Assembly (NCBI RefSeq): GCF_001194135.2
Contig: NC_068983.1
Span: 15,012,809-15,076,808 of the forward strand
Reading direction: 5' to 3'
From: Octopus bimaculoides
Taxonomy: Eukaryota
Length of the DNA stretch: 64,000 nucleotides
The translations under genes were made by a program, and so were the position numbers. Each line of letters opens with the position of its first letter. Position 1 is the first letter of the stretch. Shown here piece by piece: positions 25,250 to 38,282 of the stretch. The notes under the pieces were generated by a model. The model saw only the letters and a list, made by a program, of their open reading frames with translations, ran no database searches and had not been told where the DNA came from.

Positions 25250-26387
25250 ATACACACAAACGTAAAATATACATAAGCATACACATACACATACACATAC
25301 ACACATGCACATACATGTACACAAATACATACATATAAATACATTGGTATATACGTATATGTATATACATATCTGTATATATACGTATGTATGTGTATAT
25401 GTAATGATATGTATGTATCTAAAATTTATTAGAAGGCTAATTATCAGAAATCATTACTCCAAGCTTTTAACCTGTACAGAGTATAACATGGATCTTGAAA
25501 TTTAGAATGCTATGGCGGACCCTGGTTAACTCATAGGAAATAACAGAGTAATTATTTGTTGGTGAGCTGTATGATTATATATTATTTGAAATGAGAAAAA
25601 TTAATTTGTTTCTCAATAGTTTTGTACCTATAGATTGTGCATAAATAAAATATGAAGCATTATTAAACAGTCCAATTAACACAACTCGTAAAAGAATTAA
25701 AAGATTTGAGATGTCTGAGTCACTAATACGTGATAACAAAAATGTTATTCTCGTTATATTTTACATAATAACTATTTGTTTATTAATATAAAGCTTCGAA
25801 GCAGAAGTCTTACATAATGTCTGCATATGTTGACAAGTTCTGATCTCATATTTAATCCGTCGTGCTTCTGCAAAAAGTGTGGTAATTTAAACAGAAGGGT
25901 GCACTACGTTTTTGAGGGGAAAACGTCATGTGTATAGTGATGCAAAGACTATTTTAAGAGCCCCTTAAAGACGACAGGCTTTGTATCCTTCAAGGTTGTA
26001 CAGTTTCATTTTGGTTTGACCAGGTAATGAAGTCTTTTAAATGAGGTCAATATTGTGTGTATGTGGATTGCAGGGGTGGGGGATACAAAGAAACATCTGC
26101 ATACCAGATTAATGATTTTCAAAATATAGTTTCCATTAAGAACACAAGTGATAGTAATGCTACAGTTTCAAGTAGAGGGTGTCTATTGGGCTATTTGTGT
26201 AGATTCTTGTTTATATATTGTTTAATTTGGTGCTGAATGATGCTGATCTTTGAGACGCAAAGAGCAGGTTTTTAAGTGTTTTCCAGGATATTAATGGAAT
26301 CGACTTATCCCCACCGCTCAAACTGCAAGCATCCTGCCACGATTTGAAACCGATAGTAGTCTGACTTCGGACGCCGAGCAGGTAGAG

Positions 26388-26505
26388 TTATTAGCACGCT
26401 AGGCAAAAATACGTAGCATTCCGTCCGTCTGCTCGTTCTGAGTTCAAATTCTGCCGAGATCGATTTTGCCTGTCATCCTTTCGTGATCGATAAAATAAGC
26501 ACCAT
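26388..26505 (+). mobile_element. SINE family B, partial
   Basis: ttagcacgctaggcaaaa...ctgagttcaaattctgccgag...tcatcctttcgtgatcgataaaataagcacc. Confidence 0.8.
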
Positions 26506-27257
26506 AAAAAGTATTGTATTAATGAGAAACGTAACTGCTCTATTCCGACACGGAGTCTGAGAGTCAGGATATTCAGTCAATAACCATGAGCCCAATAGAA
26601 TGTAGTGTTTTACTCGAAGTCTTCCCCGAGGACTAAACAGAACGGCCTGATTCAGTTATTTTTTAATGGGAGGCTAAGCGGAATGATAGATTAGTAGTTA
26701 GGTAAGAGAGAGAGAGANNNNNNNNNNNNNNNNNNNNNNNGAGGGAGAGAGAGAGAGGGAGAGGGAGAGAGAGAGAGAGGGAGAGAGAGACAGAGAGAGA
26801 GAGACAGAGAGAGAGGGAGAGGGAGTGAGAGAGAGAAAGAGAGAAAGAGGGAGAGAGAGAGAGAGAGAAACGGCAGTGTGGGGAGGTGGATAAGTTGACA
26901 CTAGTGTCAAAGTGGCGGCTGTGATGGTGATTTACGAATAGTCATTGAGAAGTGGCTTGTGACAGCAAGTGAAGTAGAGCGTTGAAAAAGGGATTGAATT
27001 ATTTGGTGTTGATGGTTGTGAGGGAACGAGGTAGGAATGGACGTGATGGAAAATGGTTAAGGAACGAGGACAGAGGAGTGATGGTAGCGAGGGAGCTGCA
27101 ACAGGGGCTGATAGATTGAGCTACAGAACAGTCGATGGTCTGAACAGACGCGCGCACATACGTACGCACATATGCGTAGATACATATGTCGTCAGATGTT
27201 TATGCAAGCATACACATATACAAGCATACACATACACACACATACATATATGTACAG

Positions 27258-27306
<49 letters not shown>

Positions 27307-27318
27307 TATATATATATA

Positions 27319-27605
27319 TGCCCTAATTCTTCGAAACGCTTAGTTTAGAATAGGGGCAGCNNNNNNNNNNGCCCTAATTCTTCGAAACGCTTAGTTTAGA
27401 ATAGGGGCAGCTGATGAAGGAAATATTCTCTATGTGGCCTGTGTGTTTTCTGTGCTCTGTTTATGTTCTGTTTTTCATTTTCATTTTGTCCAGGTTTTTT
27501 TGTGACATTCTGTACCCAGATATGCATCTATATATACATGTAGATGTAGGTATGTACATGCATGTACGTATATATGCATATACTCACATATTATTTGTAT
27601 TATTA
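27319..27605 (+). repeat. Dispersed repeat family P1, copy 2 (first 40 bp duplicated across a 10-N gap)
   Basis: Alignable with 5427 and 29485; 27320-27359 is repeated at 27371-27410. Confidence 0.8.
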
Positions 27606-27787
27606 TATATAAATATAAACACATACATACATACACACGTATATTAGTCTGCCTCATGGGATTTTATATATATAAATGGCTGTCTTTTTACGCGATACTT
27701 ATAGAAGTTAGAATATGTGGGTGTCCGTTTGTGTTTGCATANNNNNNNNNNNNNNNNNACACGAAAAATAGAAGTTGAAACTGCACT

Positions 27788-27947
27788 GAGTGGCTGTGTG
27801 GTAAGAAGATTACTTCCCAACCTCATGGTTTCAGTTTCAGTCCCACTGCGTAGCACAGCACCTTGGGCAAGTATTTTCTACTACAGCCTCGGGCCGACCA
27901 AAGCCTTGTGAGTGGATTTGGTAGACGGAAACTGAAAGAAAGCTTCG
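27788..27947 (+). mobile_element. SINE family A, 5' half
   Basis: gagtggctgtgtggtaag...ccttgggcaag...gacggaaactgaaagaa. Confidence 0.88.
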
Positions 27948-28519
27948 AATATATATATATGGAAGAAATACGACGTGGCATTTTCTATGAAGTTCCAATT
28001 TTTGAGCCAGCATCTTACCTTTGGCTGGGAGTTAAATAACACCAACAGGCAATGCAATTATATTTTCCACCTGCTTTTATATTGAACCAAACATTTTCAT
28101 CATTGAAATCTATTTCTATATTTGGAAAAAGTGTAACCTATCCCCTTTCTAGAAGGAAAGTTTTATATGTCTTCGAACTATCGCCATATTATGCATATTT
28201 AAATCATTTTTTTTTGCGATTATTCAAAGAATGCATATGCTTAATAACTCTTAATGAGTCGATATGCCAACAGGAGAGGCTTCATATTGACGTGATACAT
28301 TATTCATTTTAATAAAGTTCGTCATGACCCATCTCAGTAAATATGTACAAAGAATAAAGAAAGGAAAAAAAGGTAAATAATCCAAACAGGCAACAAATCT
28401 TTGCAGCAGATCCAGCTCTCATTCATATAATACATGAAATAATTCTAACTTTTCGAATTCACGAGACAAAGAATCCTCTGAAGATATATAGAATTTTATA
28501 AACTGTTTTCCACAAGTAT

Positions 28520-28971
28520 TTCGACATATAGTCGCTTGCTTTCCTGTCATTTGGTCTTAGGTTCAGTCCCAATACGTGACACCTTGGGAACGTATATTAT
28601 ACCATAACTCCGTGCTGCCCGAAGCCTTGTAAGCAGGTTATATTTTTATATGGAACGTGAAAGAAAGACGCCTGCCGTATTTATATGTATGTGTGTACGT
28701 GTAGGAAGAAAGATAGACAGATAGACAGCTATGTATGAATGCATATAACTGTGTGTGTAACTTTGTGTTGGCGTTATGTTTCTCCCTAACCATCGCTTGT
28801 CAAGACGTATTGGTTTGTATGCATGTATGTGCGTCGGGTTTCTTTCAGTTTCCGTCTACCAAAGGTGTCCACAAGTCTTTGGTCGCCCTAGTGCTATACT
28901 AGAAGATACTCGAATGTGTCACGCTGTGGAACCAGATCCAGAACCATATACATATACATATGTATGCGCGC

Positions 28972-29018
<47 letters not shown>

Positions 29019-29230
29019 TATACACGCACATACATAGGTATGTATATGTTTTTCTGGATCTGGTCCCACAGCGGGACACCTTCGCCAAAAGGTTCGACAA
29101 AAAGTCAGAAGGAATAAGTACCAGATTTACAAAATAATTACCGTGATCGATGTGTGCCACTACAATTCTCCAAGGTGGCACCCAGTATGGCCGCAGTCTA
29201 GAGACTGAAACAAATAAAAGAAGTAAAAGA
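28520..29230. mobile_element. Rearranged cluster of SINE family A pieces in both orientations
   Basis: Plus 5' half 28520-28680, 3' piece near 28780-28825, minus 5' half 28832-28950, plus 3' half 29085-29230. Confidence 0.65.
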
Positions 29231-29271
29231 GAAAAATGATATCTACTGGATCAATACAACATTTATTATTA

Positions 29272-29465
29272 AAGCGGTGAGCTGGCAAAATGCATAGCCG
29301 TATTTCGTCCGTCTGCCCGTTCTGTGTTCAGATTCCGCCGGGGTTGATTTTGCCTTTCAACCTTTTGAAGTTGATAAAATAAGTATCTGTCGAGCATTGA
29401 GGTCGATCTAAACGATTTATCTCCTCCCACAACTTTGCTGACCTTGGGCCAAAGTCTGAAAGCAA
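29272..29465 (+). mobile_element. SINE family B with deletion in the head
   Basis: gcggtgagctggcaaaatgc...gttcagattccgccg...tttgcctttcaaccttttgaagttgataaaataagta. Confidence 0.8.
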
Positions 29466-29484
29466 TAAAATATCGATTATTCTT

Positions 29485-29765
29485 CTGCCTTCTATCCCAG
29501 TATATATCTTCGAAACACCTAGTTTAGAATAGCGGCAGCTGATGAAGGGAAAGTTCCATATGTGGCTTGCCTGTTCTCCTATGTTTTCATTCTGTTGTCC
29601 GTAAAAAAAAGTTCGTTTTTTGTGCCTTATTTATGTCCCCGTTCCTTTTTGTCCACGTTTTTTTGACGTCCCGTTCCCGGATATGCATCTATATATACAT
29701 GTAGATGTAAGTATGTACATATATGTATGTATAAATGCATATGCACACATATCATTTGTATTATT
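29485..29765 (+). repeat. Dispersed repeat family P1, copy 3
   Basis: Alignable with copies at 5427 and 27319. Confidence 0.8.
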
Positions 29766-30265
29766 ATATTTGTATGTATATATATATTCAAAAGCGTGTG
29801 GTTACAGGTTGCTTTGTCTCTTAAAAAAAGCACGAAAGACTACCTTAATACGTACATACGTATGATCATGTGGATGTGCGTGTTTGTGAGAAAGTGGGTG
29901 TGCATGTGTGTGTGTATGGAGGACATACTCGTATCTGCACATATTATAGGGAAACATGTAATAGAATATGATGAAGTTGAGTAATATATTATATATATCA
30001 CTTGTGACTTCCAATCCTATATTTACATATATAACATTTAATGCAGATGTATCTATTTGTAAATATGCATATACATATATTATACATACATACATACATT
30101 CGTGTATACCTACGCATGCGCGCACTTACACATACATACTCACACAGAGACACATATGTGTAATGAACATATATTCAAGCAGACATACATAACGAGAGCA
30201 TAATCATATATATTAGGTTGTTTAAATTGTTAAATACATCGCCTTTTGTCTAGGACACGTGGCAG

Positions 30266-30326
<61 letters not shown>

Positions 30327-30684
30327 GATATGCAGGCACGAAGATACACATGCGTTAACACAACACAAACATACAAACTCATTATACATGTGTGTGNNNN
30401 NNNNNNNNNNNNNNNNNNNNNNNNNNNNNNNNNNNNNNNNNNNNNNNNNNNNNNNNNNNNNNNNNNNNNNNNNNNNNNNNNNNNNNNNNNNNNNNNNNNN
30501 NNNNNNNNNNNNNNNNNNNNNNNNNNNNNNNNNNNNNNNNNNNNNNNNNNNNNNNNNNNNNNNNNNNNNNNNNNNNNNNNNNNNNNNNGTGATTAAGTAT
30601 GGATATTTTTTCACCCCTCAACACGCACGCTCCTTGAATAAATGCATGCGTGTTTGCGCGTAAGTGTGTGTGTAGGTGTGTGTT

Positions 30685-30775
<91 letters not shown>

Positions 30776-31438
30776 ATTTACACGTATTACTATGCGTGAG
30801 AAGGCACACCAACAGTCATTATAAACCGAACTGATAACTTTTATTCTCGAATATGTGTAACTATATAAGTGTTATTTAGCGATTGTTAAATTAAATTATT
30901 TGGCTAAATATAATAAGTTCACTTAGCATAGTACCACTTATAATGAAATTTGGTCCCATTGAGACTCACATCCATATGAATAATGTCTTAGTAATAATAA
31001 ACAATAAGAAAACGCAGATAAATAAAGCAACAAAACAACAAAAAAAGTTAGAGAGAAAAGAGGGAAGAAAAAGAGAGAGAGGAGGAAAAGAATAGAAGCA
31101 ATGAAGGAATTTAGAAAAGAAAATAATAAGCTAGTAAGAATAGTAAGATGTTGTGAGAAGAAGAAAGGAAATGGGGTGTGAGAGGGGAGAGATGGAGTTA
31201 AAACAAATTCAAAATTGCATTAGTTTTTCATTGTTCTAATCGCGTTGATCTGGGGGAATTGCGTAATCTATTTTTCCAACTCGTAGCATTGAGCTTATCT
31301 CGCTATCTCAATTTTCTTCCTCACCAAATTGACGGCGTTTTACTTTTGATTTTCTTTTTTAAACTTTGATTAAGATGTTACCCAGGTAACTATTTCTTGC
31401 TCCCACCCACCACCCTTTACCGGTGCAAAGTTACACCA

Positions 31439-32170
31439 ATGCACTTGATAACTTTGTTGAGTGCATTGCCTTTTGTGATAAATATCTGCAGTAAGGTTAT
31501 TAAGTTTACATGGTTCCATATATATATATTGTTCAGGAAACCTCGTGGAATACGCAATCTTCGTTTTCATAATTCTTTTCTTCTCTTTGCTTATTTCTGT
31601 TTGGCTTGCTATAGTATTGATGATGCTGTTGACATCAGTGTTGAAGCACACGATGGTGCTGCCGATAGTGGATGTTTTAACTCTATAACCTATTCTCTAA
31701 TTGTTTTATCAGTTCCCTACCTTCCACACTTTTATCCTCACCTCAACAAGTCAATTGTATCTGAAGTTTCCTCTTGCTTATCTATAGTTAGCCGTCTTTT
31801 TAATGAATATTCCTTGTTGAAATGCAGCTCTCAAAATTTAAGTGCACAATATTCTGTATTTGATTTGCAAATCTTGTTTCGACATCAAAGAGACTTTTAC
31901 GAAAGCGTTGTTATTTGTTCATTGTTTATATGTTTTTATTTTAGCTGTGTATTTCGTAACATCCGTCGATTCGTGTTTGTTTATTCTTTGTTAAAAGCTA
32001 TGCGTCAGAAAGACAATTTTGTATTTGAAAACATATTTATTACTTTTGAGAATATTTTCTTCAGAACTTCCAAACATTTGGCAGTGATAAAATACACCGA
32101 CGCTGACAATGATATCAGTAACATTCACAATACAAGTAGTTTTAAAAGCAATTTATCAACGCCATGCTAG
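31439..32170 (+). CDS. Orphan hydrophobic ORF (243 aa from the first ATG); coding status unproven
   Basis: Frame is stop-free from 31370 to 32167 with no N or long simple repeat; several hydrophobic segments and an acidic loop; no family motif recognised. Confidence 0.3.
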   Translation: MHLITLLSALPFVINICSKVIKFTWFHIYILFRKPRGIRNLRFHNSFLLFAYFCLACYSIDDAVDISVEAHDGAADSGCFNSITYSLIVLSVPYLPHFYPHLNKSIVSEVSSCLSIVSRLFNEYSLLKCSSQNLSAQYSVFDLQILFRHQRDFYESVVICSLFICFYFSCVFRNIRRFVFVYSLLKAMRQKDNFVFENIFITFENIFFRTSKHLAVIKYTDADNDISNIHNTSSFKSNLSTPC

Positions 32171-32698
32171 CATCAAGTCACTTGATCAAACAAGAAAGAT
32201 AAGTTTGCAGAAGTTGGAGACAAGAATGGAATTGCTACCTAGCACATGCGAAAGAGAAAAAACACAAAGAAACTCCATTATTACTTCTAGAAGGTGAAAG
32301 GCTACAGAGAAGAACAACAGTCGTAAAAGAATTAAAGTCTTCCCATAACGCATTTATCATGAAAATGTCTGAATTTAGTTTAGGCTCGGCACTGGCCCAG
32401 CAGAATTAAGGTGAATCATCCCTAATTTCAATATAAATAATAAGGTTTTATATATAAAGTTTGCCCAGTATCAAAAAGGAAACAGTGACGATATTCTCTA
32501 ACATAATTAAAATATCTGGGGTCGATTTAATCACGTAACCCCTTTATTCAAATTTCAAGCCTTATGCCTATTTTAGGAATTATTATTTTTATTTCTACAT
32601 TTGGTACAAGACCATATACTTTCGAGGGTTAGGATCTTTCATTATCTCTCTCTCACACTCTCTATCTGTCTCTCTTTCTCTCTTTTTCTCTTTCTCTT

Positions 32699-32774
<76 letters not shown>

Positions 32775-32781
<7 letters not shown>

Positions 32782-33292
32782 TGTGTTATGAGAATATTAT
32801 GGAAAGGTATCCCATAGAACTCAAAAATTTGTTGAGAATGGAGAAGAAATGCTAAAATTTGAAAGAATTTCTATATATGCATATGATCGTTTCAAACACC
32901 AATATTAACATGTAAATTCATAGTAGAATAATTAAATTAAATTAATTACATATCACTGAGTTTTAGTTTATACAAAACTAGACTCACATTCTTTAGTATG
33001 CTCTTAATTTTCATAAGGATAAATATGTTTATCCGAAAGTCTTCTGTAACAATAATAATTGTTTGTTTCTACTTCTTGCACTGAGGAGAACAGTGATATG
33101 TAATTAATTTAATTTAACCAAATTAATTTAATTCTTCTACCATGCATTTATATCTTAATGTCGCTGTTTGAAACGATCGTATGCATGTATTGAAATTCTT
33201 TCAAATTTTAACACCTCCTCTTCTCCATTCTTAACAAATTTGCTGAGTTCTATGGGATACCTTTCCATAATATTCTCATAACACACCATATA
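32775..33292. mobile_element. Foldback element/MITE with about 185-200 bp inverted arms
   Basis: 32775-32958 is the reverse complement of 33091-33292 (tatatggtgtgttatgagaatattatggaaaggtatcccatagaactc...taattacatatcactg), with a 132 bp spacer and TA at the ends. Confidence 0.8.
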
Positions 33293-33611
33293 CAAGTAAT
33301 ATTTTCATATTCTAAAAAACTTACACCAGTAAGCTACCAGCAAAATATGAAGAATCTTTGTTAAAAATCGCCTTTATAGAACACTCCAAAGTNNNNNNNN
33401 NNNNNNNNNNNNNNNNNNNNNNNNCACACGCACATATATATATATATATATAATACGGCGCATTAGACTAAGGGCAATGTTTGGTACATTTATAAATAAA
33501 AAGAGGCGTCTTATACACCAGCAAGGAGGGTAAACGTATCACTTAAGAAAGGGTGGTAGGGTGGCAGAATCGTTAGCAATCTGGGAAAGATAATATAATA
33601 TTTGTCTTCAA

Positions 33612-33795
33612 TAAGGCGGCACGCCGGAAAAAAATGCTTAGCGGCATTTCATCCGTCTTTACGTTCTGAGTTCAAATTCCGCTGAGGTCGACTTTGGCGT
33701 TCGAGCTCCATAAAATAGGTACCAGTTGAACACTGCGGTTGAAATTGCTGACCTTGTGCCACCCTGAAATTGCTGGCCTTGTGCCAAACTTTTAC
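33612..33795 (+). mobile_element. SINE family B with deletions
   Basis: aatgcttagcggcatttcatccgtctttacgttctgagttcaaattccgctgaggtcgacttt; duplicated gaaattgctgnccttgtgcca tail. Confidence 0.8.
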
Positions 33796-34671
33796 GCCAA
33801 TATTTGCATTTAAAACCATGCAAATCACAAGCTCCATACTCAGGGGCCAATCACAAGCACGACTACGTATATCTTGTTGTAAACTAAACATTGCGATCTG
33901 GTTCCATCTAGTTTTCTTGACAGGCGTAATTTGCTTCACTCACCAGCATCTTAGTGAATATATATTAACTTCAAAAATCAATAAATGATTCATACTTCAT
34001 CGCTGCCCGTGGCTTTAATATTAAGAAGAAAGGAGATCGTTACTCTTCAGTTTGACTTTAGATTCAAAATGCATGTCTTGAATGTTGATTTACTCAGTGT
34101 ACTCCTAAAAGTTCTCCACCGCTTTACCCACTTTCTTATTAAGATTACGCACATTCGCAAATTCGCACCTTATGTTTAGGCATATCATTGCAGATTGTTA
34201 TTCCGTGACCAAAGTTATTTCCTCAAAAACAAAAATAAGAAAGGAAAGAAAACAGGAGAAAGAAAACTATCAATCACGGTTCCACTCGATATATATTCCA
34301 TGGAGGTTAATAATTGTTTATAAATAATTGTTTATAAATAATTGTATCAAATTTAGACACAACGTTAGCAATTTATCGACACCATGCTAGCATGAAGTCA
34401 GTTGATCAAACAAGAGAGATAAGTTAGCAGAAGTTGAAGACAAAATTGGAATTGCTACCTAGCACATGCGAAAGAGAAAAAAACACAAAAATACTTCATT
34501 ATTATTTGTAGAAGGTGAGGTGTTAATCAGTTATCTATTCTATTCTGAAAGAGAGAAATGCTAATTTGGCCTCCACAGGATTTGAACTCAAAATGTAAGG
34601 ATTCGAAACATGCATTTTTTCCTGCGTGGATTCTACCAATATACCACTCAAATACGGAGGGTAACTGAATT

Positions 34672-34878
34672 AGAGACACAAAGCCTGAAATTTTGCGTGG
34701 GTGGAGGGACTAGTTAATTACATCACCCCAGTGTTTCACTGGTACTTAATTGATCGATCCTGAAAGGGTGAACAGAAAATTCGACCTCGACGGAATTTGA
34801 ACTCAAAGTAAAGACGTACGAACTGCCGCGAAGCATTTTGCCCAGCGCACTAACGATTCTGGCAGCACGCCGCCTTTC
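34672..34878 (-). mobile_element. SINE family B, full copy
   Basis: Plus strand ggaatttgaactc...gcattttgcccagcgcactaacgattctggcagcacgccgcc is the reverse complement of the head. Confidence 0.85.
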
Positions 34879-35159
34879 CACGGAGAATAATGATAATAAT
34901 GCAAATCGTTCATTATTTTGTGAAATTAACAGCTGTGATTTCAGTGATGGAAACAAATGTTACCAGACCAGTAAAATTGGTGAAACCCGGTCGTGATGTA
35001 GTCTAGATTTTGACAGTATACGTTCATGCACGAGATGAACACAGGTGATTTCTCTTATATTGTTTAAAAATATATCACAGTTCACAAAGTACACCTTAAC
35101 AGAAGATAGCCTCTAGAACACTGATGTTATCTGTGTCATAGGAGTAAAATAGATGTTCT

Positions 35160-35420
35160 AAACACGACGAGTTGTATTCACGTTTCGTAAATCGTTGTGT
35201 ATTTGCTTTGCAGACGTTATCGGACAGTGATCTTACGCCGCCATTTTGGATTTGTTTTAAGCTCGTAGTAGCCAATATATATATATATATATATATATAA
35301 GTATATTTTCTTTTTCAATGTAGACGGTAGGACTCCAGACACGTTTTGCCGAAGGCTTTGCTTTGTCGAGATAAGATCGCAGTCAGTGTGTCAGCTGTAC
35401 GGAAATGATTATAAACTTCT
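35160..35420 (-). promoter_or_regulatory. Candidate promoter/first-exon region (YY1 motif overlapping ATG and a splice donor)
   Basis: GCCGCCATTTTG at 35237-35248 (YY1 consensus); minus strand reads caaaATGGCGGC|GTAAGA; several CpGs retained; ETS-like CGGAAAT near 35400. Confidence 0.35.
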
Positions 35421-35684
35421 TTATTGTTGTTGTTATTCGCCCAAATTTAGTTTACAGTTTAGACAAACTACCAAAACTGGATGAGTGGTTTCTCCATTAG
35501 TCGATATCCAATTCGGAGAATTCGTCTTTACTATCTAACCAGTTTAAAATCTTTATCAATTAACGCACATGGCGTTTTTGGCAATATTTCAATCTGGATG
35601 TATTATTACTGGGGATGTTTTTAGATATGAACGTGGACCTTATACTAAAGTACAGTTGTATCATCATCATCATCATCATCATCA

Positions 35685-35762
<78 letters not shown>

Positions 35763-35769
35763 CTATTAT

Positions 35770-35905
35770 TAAGGCGGCGAGCTGGCAGAATCGTTAGCAC
35801 ACCGGGTAAAATGCTTAGCGGCATTTTGTCCGTCTTTACGTTCTGAGTTCAAATTCTGCCCTGCTCGACCTTGTATTTCATCTTTTCGGGGTCAATAAAA
35901 TATAA
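35770..35905 (+). mobile_element. SINE family B, 3'-truncated
   Basis: taaggcggcgagctggcagaatcgttagcacaccgggtaaaatgcttagcggc...gagttcaaattc...tcttttcggggtcaataaaat. Confidence 0.9.
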
Positions 35906-38222
35906 AAGCACTTATAGAAGTGAAAATAGCTTCACATATATTTTCTACTAACTTTTGGATATCTTTTCAGTAGAAAAGTCTCGAAAATAAGCCATCTGAT
36001 ATAAAACCCGTAACTGAAATAACTTCCAGTCATCATACGTTTACTTGTTGCTGGAAATCTAACCATGGATACTCAAAGAGTGATATACATGTCGTACAAG
36101 CCTAGGTTACCATAATCTTGTATGTTACTATAATCTTATAATATACAGATGTTTCATTAATGAGGCGGCTGTCATCTAATAATGTCGTTATGTGTATATT
36201 TTACAAGAGTTAAAACATATAACTGCAGATTCAATATTTGGATACGTCTTCAGTGTTGTATCCTGAGGTCACTGCCATCTGAACAACGAGAAGAATAGAT
36301 AATTGCGAGTGGTAATGGAGAGAAGCATCAGCTGCCTATGCTTTGAGTACATCTCTGCTTTGTACTAAAAACATTTATAAACGTGTGAGCGGTGCGCATG
36401 TGTATGTGTGTGTGAGAGAGAGAGAGACAGAGAGGGACAGAAAGGAAGAGAGAGAGTTTTGCGGATGTAGATGATTGTGTTTGTATGTTGTGTATATACG
36501 CGTGGAACATAGGTGATGGACTAAAACCATATGGACTGCCACATTAATGTAGAAGTACTTTAATAGAAACGTTTATATAACTTTAGCAGAATCTTTTAAC
36601 CAATCAAATTATTACCATTCATTCTGAAACACGCACACGCACACACACACACAAACAATACATACACACACAGTACACTTCTCTATAACAATATCAGAAT
36701 CTAAAAGTTGTGAAGTAGTTAACGAGTCTACAGGTAAGAGCTTTAAATCGCAAAATTGGCAGCCAAATCTACCAAGAATTACACACTACCATCTTACAGT
36801 GAGAAGGATGCATTGAAGGCTCTAGGTACACTATGTAGACACACTATAGTAGTTCTAAATACATGATTTCTCGAGCGTAAAAGAGAGTAAAGCATTTCAA
36901 AAGGCTAAATTTTCTTTGAGTACCTAGAATTGCCCTGGGGAACAAACGACAACAGCAACAAAACGTGTATCTTATGTTAGGGACGTCTTTCATTACACAG
37001 AGTATATGAATCAATGCTGACAGCGACGAATTTAGAAAACGCTCGTACATTCATACGCACACAGCCGTAATTGCTCACACATACATAAACCCACATACAC
37101 AAAACCCTTTTTCATTAACGGTCTGCTTGATCACAACTAATTGGAACGAGCATCTTCTCGATCGGCTAGAAATACCTGTGCCTGACCGTTTAATTCAACC
37201 AATAGGATCACCTTGGTACCATTCACAGAAAATTCCCAGTATCCAAGTGTGGTCACAAAAGCGATAAAAATTACTCTTTCGTTAGGCTGTATTCAAAAGA
37301 CCAATTCAGTGTGTCAAAGCTTATGAGTCGTATCCATGCTTGTGCATAAATATAAACTTCACTGAATATATATATATATATATACCATGTGCTTTTAAAT
37401 ACTATAAATTCCGAATCCTGCTATACACATCATTACAATGATAGATATAATAGCGTTTCATTATTACTCTACTTCTGTACTTATTTTTTTTTTCTCTGCT
37501 TTAGACAATAGACGCCATTTCCACCCTAAAGCTACATAGCTGCATACATTTGACTAAATGGGACGTGGGACATTCCGAATCATCCAGTACATTTGCCGAA
37601 AACAACATCAAATTTACTATAATAATAACATTCTCATCCTGTTATTATAACAATTATCAATTAGATTCCTTGCATCCAAATATATCGTCTCCTAACACAT
37701 TGATTAATTTTGATGTCTTTCATTTTGATGCATAATTTCGTCTGTCGAGGTAAACCATATCTGTTTTTGTTTTTTTTTAACTGCTTCCATTCGTTTACAA
37801 AACATATTTTTCAAACAATTTCCACATTTCCATTTCGAAAGACTAATATTTTTCTAATTAATGTATCATTTCTTTCCATTTATATAAATATTTCCTTCAA
37901 CTTTCAAAACAGAACCTTGTGAAAAAATAGGTCGTGTCTTTGAACTCAATATGGTAAATCAGACATTAGGAACCATTTTAGCATTCGTATTTCGATTACC
38001 CACTATTCATCACTCAAGTCATTTGTAATTAATAGCAATTTTTTTCTTACACGCGCATGCGTATATATTTACATAAACGTATGTAAATGTATATTTAGGG
38101 AGAGGTAAATAGGTACATAAATAGATAGATTGGTAGATGTGTTTGTTGGTGCGTGTATGCGTGTGTATGTGAGTATGTATACATGCATATTTGTGTACGT
38201 GCGGTATATATTTGTATGCATG

Positions 38223-38282
<60 letters not shown>

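Noticed and set aside
27320-27410. 40-bp direct repeat around a 10-N gap
   Set aside because: Typical scaffolding overlap artefact.
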